From Candidatus Latescibacterota bacterium (GTDB lineage: Bacteria > Latescibacterota > UBA2968): DNA of 64,000 bases. Shown here piece after piece: positions 35,785 through 44,130 of this stretch. Numbering within the stretch: the stretch's first letter is position 1; each line of letters starts with the position of its first letter. The notes beneath the pieces were generated by a model that saw only the letters and a list, made by a program, of their open reading frames with translations, searched no databases and was not told where the DNA came from. The stretch is taken from positions 3,862,482 to 3,926,481 of the forward strand of contig OZ242320.1 of assembly GCA_965208125.1 (NCBI GenBank). Direction: 5' to 3'. Position numbers and translations under genes: made by a program.

Positions 35785-37404
35785 TTACCCTGCAAGGTCT
35801 TCTTTATCCAGCCACTGTCGCAACTCAGTTTTCAGGATCTTTCCGTAGTTGTTTTTGGGCAAACTATCCACAAAGAAATAGGCCCTGGGGCGCTTGAAGC
35901 GAGCGATATGATCGAGACAGAGCACATCCAGCTCGTCCTCCATCTTTTCACTGGCATCCTCCGCTACAACAAAAGCAACAACCTCCTCCCCCCATTCTGG
36001 ATGTGGCCGGCCGATCACCGATACCTCCTGGACGGCTCCATGCATCAGCAGGACCTCCTCCACCTCCCGGGGATAGATGTTGGAGCCCCCACTGATAATG
36101 AGATCCTTTGAGCGATCCTTCAACGTCAAAAACCCGTCCTCGTCGAACGTACCCATGTCGCCCGTATGCAGCCAGCCGTTTCGCATGGTCGTTTCGGTTG
36201 CTTCCGGATTTTCCCAGTATCCACACATGACAACATCACCCCTGACAATCACTTCGCCTATTTCGCCAGGAGGGAGCACCCGGTCATTCGAATCGACCAC
36301 CCTGACTTCGACCACCGACTGAGGGATCCCCGCCGATTGAAGCCGTTCTTCAAACCGAGCATGATCTTTCTCGGCATGCAGCCCTTTCGACAACGCCGTA
36401 ATCGTCATCGGGCTTTCGCCTAAACCGTAGATCTGAACCAGCTTGTTGCCAAATAGATTTATGGCCTGCTTCAGATCGGCTACATACATCGGCGCACCGC
36501 CGTACACGATCGTTTTTAAGTTTGACGTATTAGCGCTGCGGCTGGTGGGATGATCGACCAGTCGTTTCACCATTGTCGGCGCTGCGAAAATCGTCATCCC
36601 TTCGTGGGAGACAATCAGGTCGAAAACTTCATCAGGATTGAACCGGCCACTCGCCGGGATGACCTGTTTTGCCGCAACAGCGACGTGGGAGAGGTTGTAC
36701 AGACCCGAGCCGTGGGAGAGGGGAGCTGCATGCAGGATGCAATCTTCTGATGAGACCGCATCGACATCGACAAAGTAATTCAGCGTCAACGCCATCAAGT
36801 TGCGATGACTCAACACAGCTCCCTTGGGGCGACCCGTCGTACCACTCGTGTAGAATATCCAGGCGGGATCGTCGGACGAACGTTCTGCCATCCGAACCGA
36901 TTTGCCCTGTCGCAGGGATTTGTAATCGGATGAGGATACACAGCCCACATACTCGAGCGAAGGTATCAGATCGCGAAGCGAATCAATCGTCTCAAGCAAG
37001 TCAGCGGTGACAAAACAGCAGCGGGCGCCTGAGTTCTCGAGGATATACTGAAACTCACGCGCATGCAGCCTGGCGTTGATCGGGACTGTACACAGCCCGG
37101 CATGCCAGGCAGCGTACATCACTTCGAGGAATTCCGCACAGTTCTGCATGGCGAGTGCGACGCGGTCCCCGGGTTTGAGATGGAGTTGATCGAGGAATCG
37201 ACCTGCCATGGTCGATACGCGACTGTAGAGGTCTCCGTAGGAGCAGTACGCATTCTTACCAATTGCGATCGCGGGCTTTTCGCTGAAAGCGGTCCCCGCT
37301 CTAGCCACCAGATGAGCGACATTCAATGGCAAATCCTCCTCGGGACCGTCGTGTAAAGACCCAATCGGGGTCCGGCATGCCCCCGCGCAATCATAAACCC
37401 GCAC
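35785..37404 (-). CDS. AMP-dependent synthetase/ligase (acyl/aryl-CoA ligase family)
   Basis: 539 aa. YTSGTTGRPKG (A3 core), YGLGE, TGDMG and ISGGSNIYPREVE are the ANL adenylate-forming signatures. Confidence 0.85.
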   Translation of the reverse strand: MRVYDCAGACRTPIGSLHDGPEEDLPLNVAHLVARAGTAFSEKPAIAIGKNAYCSYGDLYSRVSTMAGRFLDQLHLKPGDRVALAMQNCAEFLEVMYAAWHAGLCTVPINARLHAREFQYILENSGARCCFVTADLLETIDSLRDLIPSLEYVGCVSSSDYKSLRQGKSVRMAERSSDDPAWIFYTSGTTGRPKGAVLSHRNLMALTLNYFVDVDAVSSEDCILHAAPLSHGSGLYNLSHVAVAAKQVIPASGRFNPDEVFDLIVSHEGMTIFAAPTMVKRLVDHPTSRSANTSNLKTIVYGGAPMYVADLKQAINLFGNKLVQIYGLGESPMTITALSKGLHAEKDHARFEERLQSAGIPQSVVEVRVVDSNDRVLPPGEIGEVIVRGDVVMCGYWENPEATETTMRNGWLHTGDMGTFDEDGFLTLKDRSKDLIISGGSNIYPREVEEVLLMHGAVQEVSVIGRPHPEWGEEVVAFVVAEDASEKMEDELDVLCLDHIARFKRPRAYFFVDSLPKNNYGKILKTELRQWLDKEDLAG

Positions 37405-37410
37405 AATCCT

Positions 37411-38832
37411 TTAGGTCCCAATCTCGTCCAGCAACCTCACCGCCTCCTCCACGATCTTCTCCAGACACCCCGGCTCCACCTTCGCCCACTTCGCCGGCTT
37501 GTTACGAATCTCATGCCCGCCCCGCGGGTAACTGTGACGCGGGGCGATGTAGCCGGCGAAGTCGGTTGTGTTGTGGGCGACGAAAGTATAGGGGAAGGGC
37601 GACCGGACTTTGATCTCCAGTTGGCCTTCGACGAAGGGCTCGCCGGGGAGTCCGACGAGGGCGATGTCGCCGATGCGCAGGACTTGAATCTCATAGGCGA
37701 GCTCTGGGGAGCGCTCGCGCTCGCGCTCCACGCTCATCAGCATGGCCGCATCCATCCAATCGGCGTTCACGCGGCGAGGCGTACTATCTTCATCCCAGCG
37801 CGGCTCGGGGTGCTCGGCGAGGAGCTTCTCGGCGGCTGCGCGGTCGGCGGAATCGGCCTTCTTCAAGGGGAGCGGGACGAGCTTCACTCGTGCGTCCAGC
37901 GTGGCCTCTTCTTCGAAGGTGAGTGCACTGAGGATGTGCCGTGAGGTCTCGGCCAGCGCGCGCCCCATGCGCCGGTGGTCCGGGACGAAATCGGCGTGGA
38001 ATGCGGGCCACGGGTTTATGTTGCCGCAGCAACCGTTGAGCACCAGGGGAACGCACGTTTCACCGCATTCCTCCTGCATCCCGGCGCACCAAACGCCCGG
38101 CCAGTCCGGCGAGACGGTGTAGTGCTGCGTGGCGAACACATTGACCGGATGGCACGTGAAGTGAAGGAGCATAGCGCTCATCTTCATTTTCTCATTGCGC
38201 AGACACACCATCCCCACCTCGGGGTCCGTCGGACCTTCGAGGAAGGCGATGTCCGTGGGGCCCAGCGGCCTGGACGCCCTGGAGAACTGTCCCGGCATCA
38301 CTATGCCCCCGTCGCGAGTTACTCCCCTCCGGTTAAAGGCCAGATCATCACGGACCGCCCGGCCAGCGCCGAGTTGGACCGGATGCAAGGCTTTGTCCGC
38401 GGCTTCAACGCACGAAAGGATTTTGCCGACGGCGTACTCGCAGTACTCAGATTGGGAGCCGCGGAGGTACTCTAGTTCAGGCGGAATGTTGGGCAGCGCC
38501 TCGTCGATGACAAAGTTGCCGAGGGGCGGCGTGGAATGGGATTGCGGAAGATGTACCATGATGTCGTCGGGCGCGATTCCACAGCGGCGCTCAATGCCCT
38601 GGCGAATCTTCTGCGTCCACGGAAGCGTGGCGATTTCCAGGTCTGGTTGGACGATACAGAGTTTCCGTGTGCGGGATTCCAGCACGAGAGCCCGGGTGTA
38701 TAGCGGTTCCGCCACCGTGCGCGCATCGCGTAACACGCCCCACGTGCCGCCCAAGTGTGTGCCTGCGTTCGGCGTTATGTCAATCAGCGCACCGCCGGCC
38801 CGGAGGACATTGGGTCGGTCGGATGTAGTCAT
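37411..38832 (-). CDS. ceramidase-N-domain-like Zn amidohydrolase, paralog P3
   Basis: 473 aa. ALIDITPNAGTHLGG, PQSHSTPP, LLHFTCHPVNVFA and NGCCGNINPWPAF. Close paralog of P4. Confidence 0.6.
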   Translation of the reverse strand: MTTSDRPNVLRAGGALIDITPNAGTHLGGTWGVLRDARTVAEPLYTRALVLESRTRKLCIVQPDLEIATLPWTQKIRQGIERRCGIAPDDIMVHLPQSHSTPPLGNFVIDEALPNIPPELEYLRGSQSEYCEYAVGKILSCVEAADKALHPVQLGAGRAVRDDLAFNRRGVTRDGGIVMPGQFSRASRPLGPTDIAFLEGPTDPEVGMVCLRNEKMKMSAMLLHFTCHPVNVFATQHYTVSPDWPGVWCAGMQEECGETCVPLVLNGCCGNINPWPAFHADFVPDHRRMGRALAETSRHILSALTFEEEATLDARVKLVPLPLKKADSADRAAAEKLLAEHPEPRWDEDSTPRRVNADWMDAAMLMSVERERERSPELAYEIQVLRIGDIALVGLPGEPFVEGQLEIKVRSPFPYTFVAHNTTDFAGYIAPRHSYPRGGHEIRNKPAKWAKVEPGCLEKIVEEAVRLLDEIGT

Positions 38833-38947
38833 AGCGTCTCCTTCTAAAACAAAAGAATCTGTCGGCTGATCAATGAGAAATTCTGCACGAACGATTCTCG
38901 CTGCATACAGTGCTAACGATGGCGCTGGACACTATCTTCGAGAAGCA

Positions 38948-41896
38948 CTACTGACCGGACAACGCAAGGTTGCCCACTATCTTCCGGAATCGGTTTGCTG
39001 CCTCCTGTATGGTCTTTTCGGTACCGCCGAACATGAGCCTCACATGGTCTCCGGACCCGTACGGTCCGCCGGGCTCGACAGCGACGCCGTATTCTGAAAG
39101 CAGCGCTTCGGCAAATTCCGCGCTGGGAAGGCCGAGTCCGCGTATGTTCAGAAATAGAAATGGCGCTCCTGCCGGGACGGCAAAGGAAATCCCCGGTGCC
39201 CGGTCCATGCCCTCTATCATCAGGTCACGGTACTGCTGGTACCGCCTGGCAATCTCGTGCACCCAGTCCTGCGGTCCCTCCAATGCCGCCTGCGCTGCCC
39301 GCTGGGCGATATGGCTGCAGGTGAGCACATTCCACTCAAGCACCTTCCGGCAAGCAGCTATCAGGTCCGGGGGCCCGACAATATACCCCAACCGCCACGG
39401 CTGCATCGCATAGCTCTTGGTAAAACTACACAATGTCAGTAGCCGGTCCCGGATCTCTGGAATGGAGGCCGCCCTCAAGTGCTTTCGCCCGTCATAGACC
39501 ATCTTGTCGTAGCACTCGTCAGAGAGAATCAAGAGATTGTGCCTGAGGGCCAGCTCCGCGGCCGCCTCGAGATCTCTCTTTGACGCCACATATCCTGTCG
39601 GATTTCCGGGCGAATTCAGGATTACCATGCGGGTCCTTGACGAACAGGCCGCTTCCAGGGCCTCGAGGTCCCAGCGCCAGTTCTGTTCCTGGTGAGTCGG
39701 CACGCAGGCCGCGACGGCGCCGGCGAGGTGAAGCGGGCCGCCAAATTGAAATCCCGGACTGAACATCAGAACCTCATCGCCCGGCGCGAGCAGCGCCAGA
39801 AACGCGATGCTCATGGCATGCATGGCGCCGTGCGTGATCAGGATCTCCGTATCCGAGTCCGGTCGGATCCCGTCATCGGTTTCCCATCTTGCCGCGATGG
39901 CTTTCCGAAGTTCGGGGAAGCCGTTGGAAGGAGCCATTGCATTCTCGCCTATGGCCTGTTCGGCGGCGGCCAGGACATGTTCCGGCGGCGGCCAGGCGGG
40001 CGAACCCTTGAGCGACAGGACTTCGCTTCCCACGACATGGAACGAGGCGACGCGGTCCGCCATTTCCTTCGAGCTGACCCTGCCGGCCAGGGCCGCCCGA
40101 CTCGGTATCCTGGAAAGGTCTTCTGCAGAGAGATCCGCCGATGCCCTATTTTCATGTTCGCCTGCTGCCAGCATCCTCTGCCGGGTCGTGGCTGTTGCCT
40201 CTTCATCCATACTCAGTGTTAGGGGGTCGATCACCACACCATAAACTTCCCTGGCCTGCTCGAGGCTGACCTTATCATTCCGTACATCTTCCAGGACCAT
40301 TTGAGGATTCCGTTCCACAGGCGTGCCCCAGCCGCCGCCGCCTGCCTGAAGATGGCGCAGGATCTCTCCTTTCCTTAACACGATCGCTTCGCTTGGAAGC
40401 ACAGGAAGAAGTGATTGGTTCGGACCGGAATAGAGAGTATTGCAGGTTGGAGACCCGGAAAGGCCGCCCTGTAGCCCGTACGGCCGATGCGCCCGTCGGT
40501 CCGATCGCATGCTCAAAACGGCTTCCTCCGCGAGGATCCTGTATTCTCTCATGAGCGCCAACCCGCCCCGGTATTTTCCCGGTCCGCCGGAATCCATGAC
40601 CAGGCCGTACTGCAATATCTCAATGGGGTGACGTGCTTCGATGAGTTCGACGGGCTGGTTAGATTGATTGGCGCCGGGATTGGGAACGCCTTCGGCGCCG
40701 TCGCGATCCGGCCGACCTCCTGAACAGCCGAGAACGGATTCTGTAAAGACAAATGGCTCGCCCTCGTGATAACCGCCAATCGAGGGAAACGTTGCGCCGC
40801 CCTCCCCTGCCGCTGGCACACGGTCCGGAACGGCCCCGGCCAGCGCGCCCAGAAGGGTGTCCAGCATCCGAAAGCCCGTAATCCCGCGGGTTGAGCAGGC
40901 GGCAGGCAGGACGGGGTTCATAATCGTACCCTCCGGTGCGAGAACCCGGATGGGCCGCATATAACCCTCATTGTTGGGGATATCACGCCCTCCCAGACAT
41001 CGGAAAGCAAGGTAGGATGCTGAGAGAGTCATCGGGAAGGGCGCATTAATGCCGCCTTTCACCTGCGGCGCGCTCCCGCTCCAGTCCACGACTGCCTCCT
41101 CGCCGGCAATCGTGATGGTCACCTGAAACCGGATCGGTTCCGGTTCGCTGCCCAGACCGTCGATGAAATCCGTGAACTCATAGCTGCCGTCTGGGATGGC
41201 CTGAATCTCTTCCCGCATCATGCGTTCGGCGAGTTCGAGAAGTTGGTTGAGATAATGCCCCAGCGAATCCGATCCATATTTTTCCAGAAGCTGCATATAG
41301 GCCTGTTCAGCCTGGCGGCAGGCAGCGAGCTGGGCGCGCATATCGCCCGCGACTTCCACAGGTACCCTGACATTTTTTTCAATAAATTTGAATACCGTAT
41401 CATTGGGTGTTCCCCGGTCGTAAAGTTTGACGAGTGGAATGCGGAGACCTTCCTGGTAAATCTCGGTGGAGAACGACGTATTGCTCCCGGGTGCGATCCC
41501 GCCAACGTCTGCATGGTGGACAAGGGCAACCGCAAAGCCCTCCAGTACGCCAGCAAAAAATATGGGCAGGGTGAGATAGATATCCGGCAGATGCATGCCG
41601 CCGGCACCGTAAGGGTCATTGGTAATAAACACGTCGTCCGCATGTATTCTGCCTTCATATGCCCGGGTGAGTTCTGCGATGGCCACGGGAAACGAGCCGA
41701 GATGCAGCGCGGTCGTGAGACCCTGGGCGATCATTCTGCCTTTTGCGTCAAACAGCGCGGTGGAATAGTCCATGGAATCTCGCACCACTGATGAATAGGC
41801 ACTGCGCATCAGCACAAGCGCCATTGTATCAGCGATCATTTCCAGGGCGTTGCGAATGACTTCAAGAGTTACAGGGTCTGTCTTGTTCATGTCCAC
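38948..41896 (-). CDS. fusion protein: hydantoinase B-family domain (HyuB-3, aa ~1-570) + class I/II aminotransferase domain (aa ~612-982)
   Basis: A single uninterrupted 982-aa ORF. N-terminal part: DPVTLEVIRNAL, NDPYGAGGMHLPDI, HHADVGG, GGGGWG. C-terminal part (nt ~38951-40063): ILNSPGNPTG, SFTKSYAMQPWRLGY (PLP Lys) and a GD…RL tail. Confidence 0.85.
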   Translation of the reverse strand: MDMNKTDPVTLEVIRNALEMIADTMALVLMRSAYSSVVRDSMDYSTALFDAKGRMIAQGLTTALHLGSFPVAIAELTRAYEGRIHADDVFITNDPYGAGGMHLPDIYLTLPIFFAGVLEGFAVALVHHADVGGIAPGSNTSFSTEIYQEGLRIPLVKLYDRGTPNDTVFKFIEKNVRVPVEVAGDMRAQLAACRQAEQAYMQLLEKYGSDSLGHYLNQLLELAERMMREEIQAIPDGSYEFTDFIDGLGSEPEPIRFQVTITIAGEEAVVDWSGSAPQVKGGINAPFPMTLSASYLAFRCLGGRDIPNNEGYMRPIRVLAPEGTIMNPVLPAACSTRGITGFRMLDTLLGALAGAVPDRVPAAGEGGATFPSIGGYHEGEPFVFTESVLGCSGGRPDRDGAEGVPNPGANQSNQPVELIEARHPIEILQYGLVMDSGGPGKYRGGLALMREYRILAEEAVLSMRSDRRAHRPYGLQGGLSGSPTCNTLYSGPNQSLLPVLPSEAIVLRKGEILRHLQAGGGGWGTPVERNPQMVLEDVRNDKVSLEQAREVYGVVIDPLTLSMDEEATATTRQRMLAAGEHENRASADLSAEDLSRIPSRAALAGRVSSKEMADRVASFHVVGSEVLSLKGSPAWPPPEHVLAAAEQAIGENAMAPSNGFPELRKAIAARWETDDGIRPDSDTEILITHGAMHAMSIAFLALLAPGDEVLMFSPGFQFGGPLHLAGAVAACVPTHQEQNWRWDLEALEAACSSRTRMVILNSPGNPTGYVASKRDLEAAAELALRHNLLILSDECYDKMVYDGRKHLRAASIPEIRDRLLTLCSFTKSYAMQPWRLGYIVGPPDLIAACRKVLEWNVLTCSHIAQRAAQAALEGPQDWVHEIARRYQQYRDLMIEGMDRAPGISFAVPAGAPFLFLNIRGLGLPSAEFAEALLSEYGVAVEPGGPYGSGDHVRLMFGGTEKTIQEAANRFRKIVGNLALSGQ

Positions 41897-41911
41897 TCTC
41901 TCACACCGTGG

Positions 41912-44020
41912 TCAGGCATGTCGAAGAATGATGTTCTGGAAGCCGTCCAAAGATGCCTGCCAACCTGGCGGCACGACGGTGGTTGAGTCCAATTCTTCGA
42001 TGATCAAAGGTCCTCCAGTGGGCGCAGCGCAGAGGGATTGCCGTGAACAAACCACGGTTTTCAGGTCATCGCCGTCCGGCCCGAAAAAGGTTCTTCTGCA
42101 GCCGTTTTTTACGACGTTCTCTTCCCGGTGATCCGCACGGAACAGGTCCCGGGGCTCATCCGCTCCGAACTCTCGAATGACGCTCGAGACAATCCTGAGG
42201 TTGACCAGTTCGATGGGGTCATGGTTTGCCCGGTGGCCGTAGGTCGTGAGGTGCTCCTGCTCGAATGCCTCCGCCAATGTCGTTAGTTCCCCGGGTCCAA
42301 GCGGAACGCCGGGTGCAGGCACGGTCAGCTCGGTGGTCTGGTTGACATAGCGCAAATCGGCAAGCCGCCGTACTCGAATCTGTTCGGGGCGATATCCTTC
42401 GGCAACGAGCGTCTCCACCGCCTGCGACTCGAGTTCGGTATAGAGCCGGTTCAAGTCTTCGGGCCTGACCTCTTCCAGTCTGCGACACCAGGTTCGGACG
42501 GATTCATGCTCGGGTTCGGACACAAGCAGCCCGAAGGCACTGAACAGGCCGGGATGCGGCGGAATAATCACCTCTCGCATGCCCAGAGCCTGTGCAAGGG
42601 TTGTGGCTACGAGGGGCCCGCACCCTCCGAACGCCAACAGGGCGGCCTCACGCGGATCTCTTCCGCGATACGTAGAAACGGACTTCACGGCCCGAATCAT
42701 GGTCGCACAGGCCAGTGTAAAAGCCCCAAAGGCGGCCTTCATCAGACATTGTTGCATCGGTCTGGCCACTTTCTCCTCGAATATCCTCCTCGCTTGATCT
42801 GTCTCCAGTTTCATCTTCCCGCAAAGCAGAGCATCGGGACTGAGATAGCCGAGAAGGACGGCGGCGTCCGTGAAGGTCGGCTCATCGCCTCCAAGCCCGT
42901 AGCAGACGGGCCCGGGGTCAGCGCCGGCACTTTCCGGCCCGACCCGGAGCCGGCCGTGCCGGTCAACCGAAACGATACTCCCGCCGCCGGCTCCGATCTC
43001 CGCGATATCGATGACAGGCAGCTTGAGCGCATATCCTGCGCCTTTGACCAGGCGGCTGCTCAGGTTGATACCGGCACCGACTTCATATTCGGAAGTCCGG
43101 GCAACGGTTCCGTTCTCAACTATGGCGGTCTTGGCGGTTGTGCCGCCCATGTCCAGGGTAATCACGTTTGTGTAGCCTGCTTTGCCGGCCATCCAGGCTG
43201 CGGCCATCACCCCGGCCGCGGGTCCGGATTCAATCAGGTGGGCGGGCTTCTTCTGCGCCGAGTCGGCTGTCATCACTCCGCCCCCTGAATGCAGAACCTC
43301 CAGCGGCGCACGAATGCCCATTGACTGGAGTTGTTCGCTCAGGGAATTCAGATATCGCTGCACGACCGGCCCGAGGTAGGCATTAATCACTGTCGTGCTC
43401 GTACGCTCATATTCGCGGATTTCAGGAAGGACCTCGCAGGAGGCGGTGACAAATACATCGGGAAGCGACTCCCGGGCCGCGGCGACCGCCCGGAGTTCGT
43501 GCTCCGGGTTGGCATAGGAATGGAGCAGACAGATCGCCAGTGCTTCGATCTCCTGCTGCTGCACGGTGTTCAGGACATTTTCCAGGGACACCTGCTGGAG
43601 AGGTTCCCGCACCCCGCCGCGAGAGTCCATTCGTTCATCCAATTCGAATCGCAGGCGGCGTGGAACAAGAGGACTGGGCGGGCTGTAAAAAAGGTTGTAA
43701 AGCTCGGGGATCCGAATTCGTCGCATCTCGAGAACGTCTCGGAATCCTTTTGTCGTGATCAGGGCAGTCCGGGCTCCCTTGCCTTCCAGGATCGCATTTG
43801 TGGCAACAGTCGTGGCATGTGCGATTCTCTCAATGGAAACCTCTGAAATCCGGCGATCTTCAATCAATTCGCGAAGCCCCTGAATGATACCCCGGGCGTA
43901 GTCCTCCGGCGTGGAAAGGACCTTCCGGACAGCGAGCGAACCGTCACTGCCCAAGACAGCAATGTCGGTAAATGTTCCGCCGATATCGATGCCGATATGA
44001 GATGATGGCGGTGATATCAT
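41912..44020 (-). CDS. hydantoinase A-family subunit (HyuA-3)
   Basis: 702 aa. HIGIDIGGTFTD, ATTVATNAILE, TLDMGGTTAK and EIGAGGGSIV, with CAGGAGG upstream. Confidence 0.85.
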   Translation of the reverse strand: MISPPSSHIGIDIGGTFTDIAVLGSDGSLAVRKVLSTPEDYARGIIQGLRELIEDRRISEVSIERIAHATTVATNAILEGKGARTALITTKGFRDVLEMRRIRIPELYNLFYSPPSPLVPRRLRFELDERMDSRGGVREPLQQVSLENVLNTVQQQEIEALAICLLHSYANPEHELRAVAAARESLPDVFVTASCEVLPEIREYERTSTTVINAYLGPVVQRYLNSLSEQLQSMGIRAPLEVLHSGGGVMTADSAQKKPAHLIESGPAAGVMAAAWMAGKAGYTNVITLDMGGTTAKTAIVENGTVARTSEYEVGAGINLSSRLVKGAGYALKLPVIDIAEIGAGGGSIVSVDRHGRLRVGPESAGADPGPVCYGLGGDEPTFTDAAVLLGYLSPDALLCGKMKLETDQARRIFEEKVARPMQQCLMKAAFGAFTLACATMIRAVKSVSTYRGRDPREAALLAFGGCGPLVATTLAQALGMREVIIPPHPGLFSAFGLLVSEPEHESVRTWCRRLEEVRPEDLNRLYTELESQAVETLVAEGYRPEQIRVRRLADLRYVNQTTELTVPAPGVPLGPGELTTLAEAFEQEHLTTYGHRANHDPIELVNLRIVSSVIREFGADEPRDLFRADHREENVVKNGCRRTFFGPDGDDLKTVVCSRQSLCAAPTGGPLIIEELDSTTVVPPGWQASLDGFQNIILRHA

Positions 44021-44130
44021 TTTCAGCCTCCTGATTCGGGCTCAGCTATCTTGATAGATTTGCATTTCTTCAGGCGTTAGCATAAACTCGGACTGAACGT
44101 TCAGCCGGTCCTTCATCCTCGGGACCGTCT

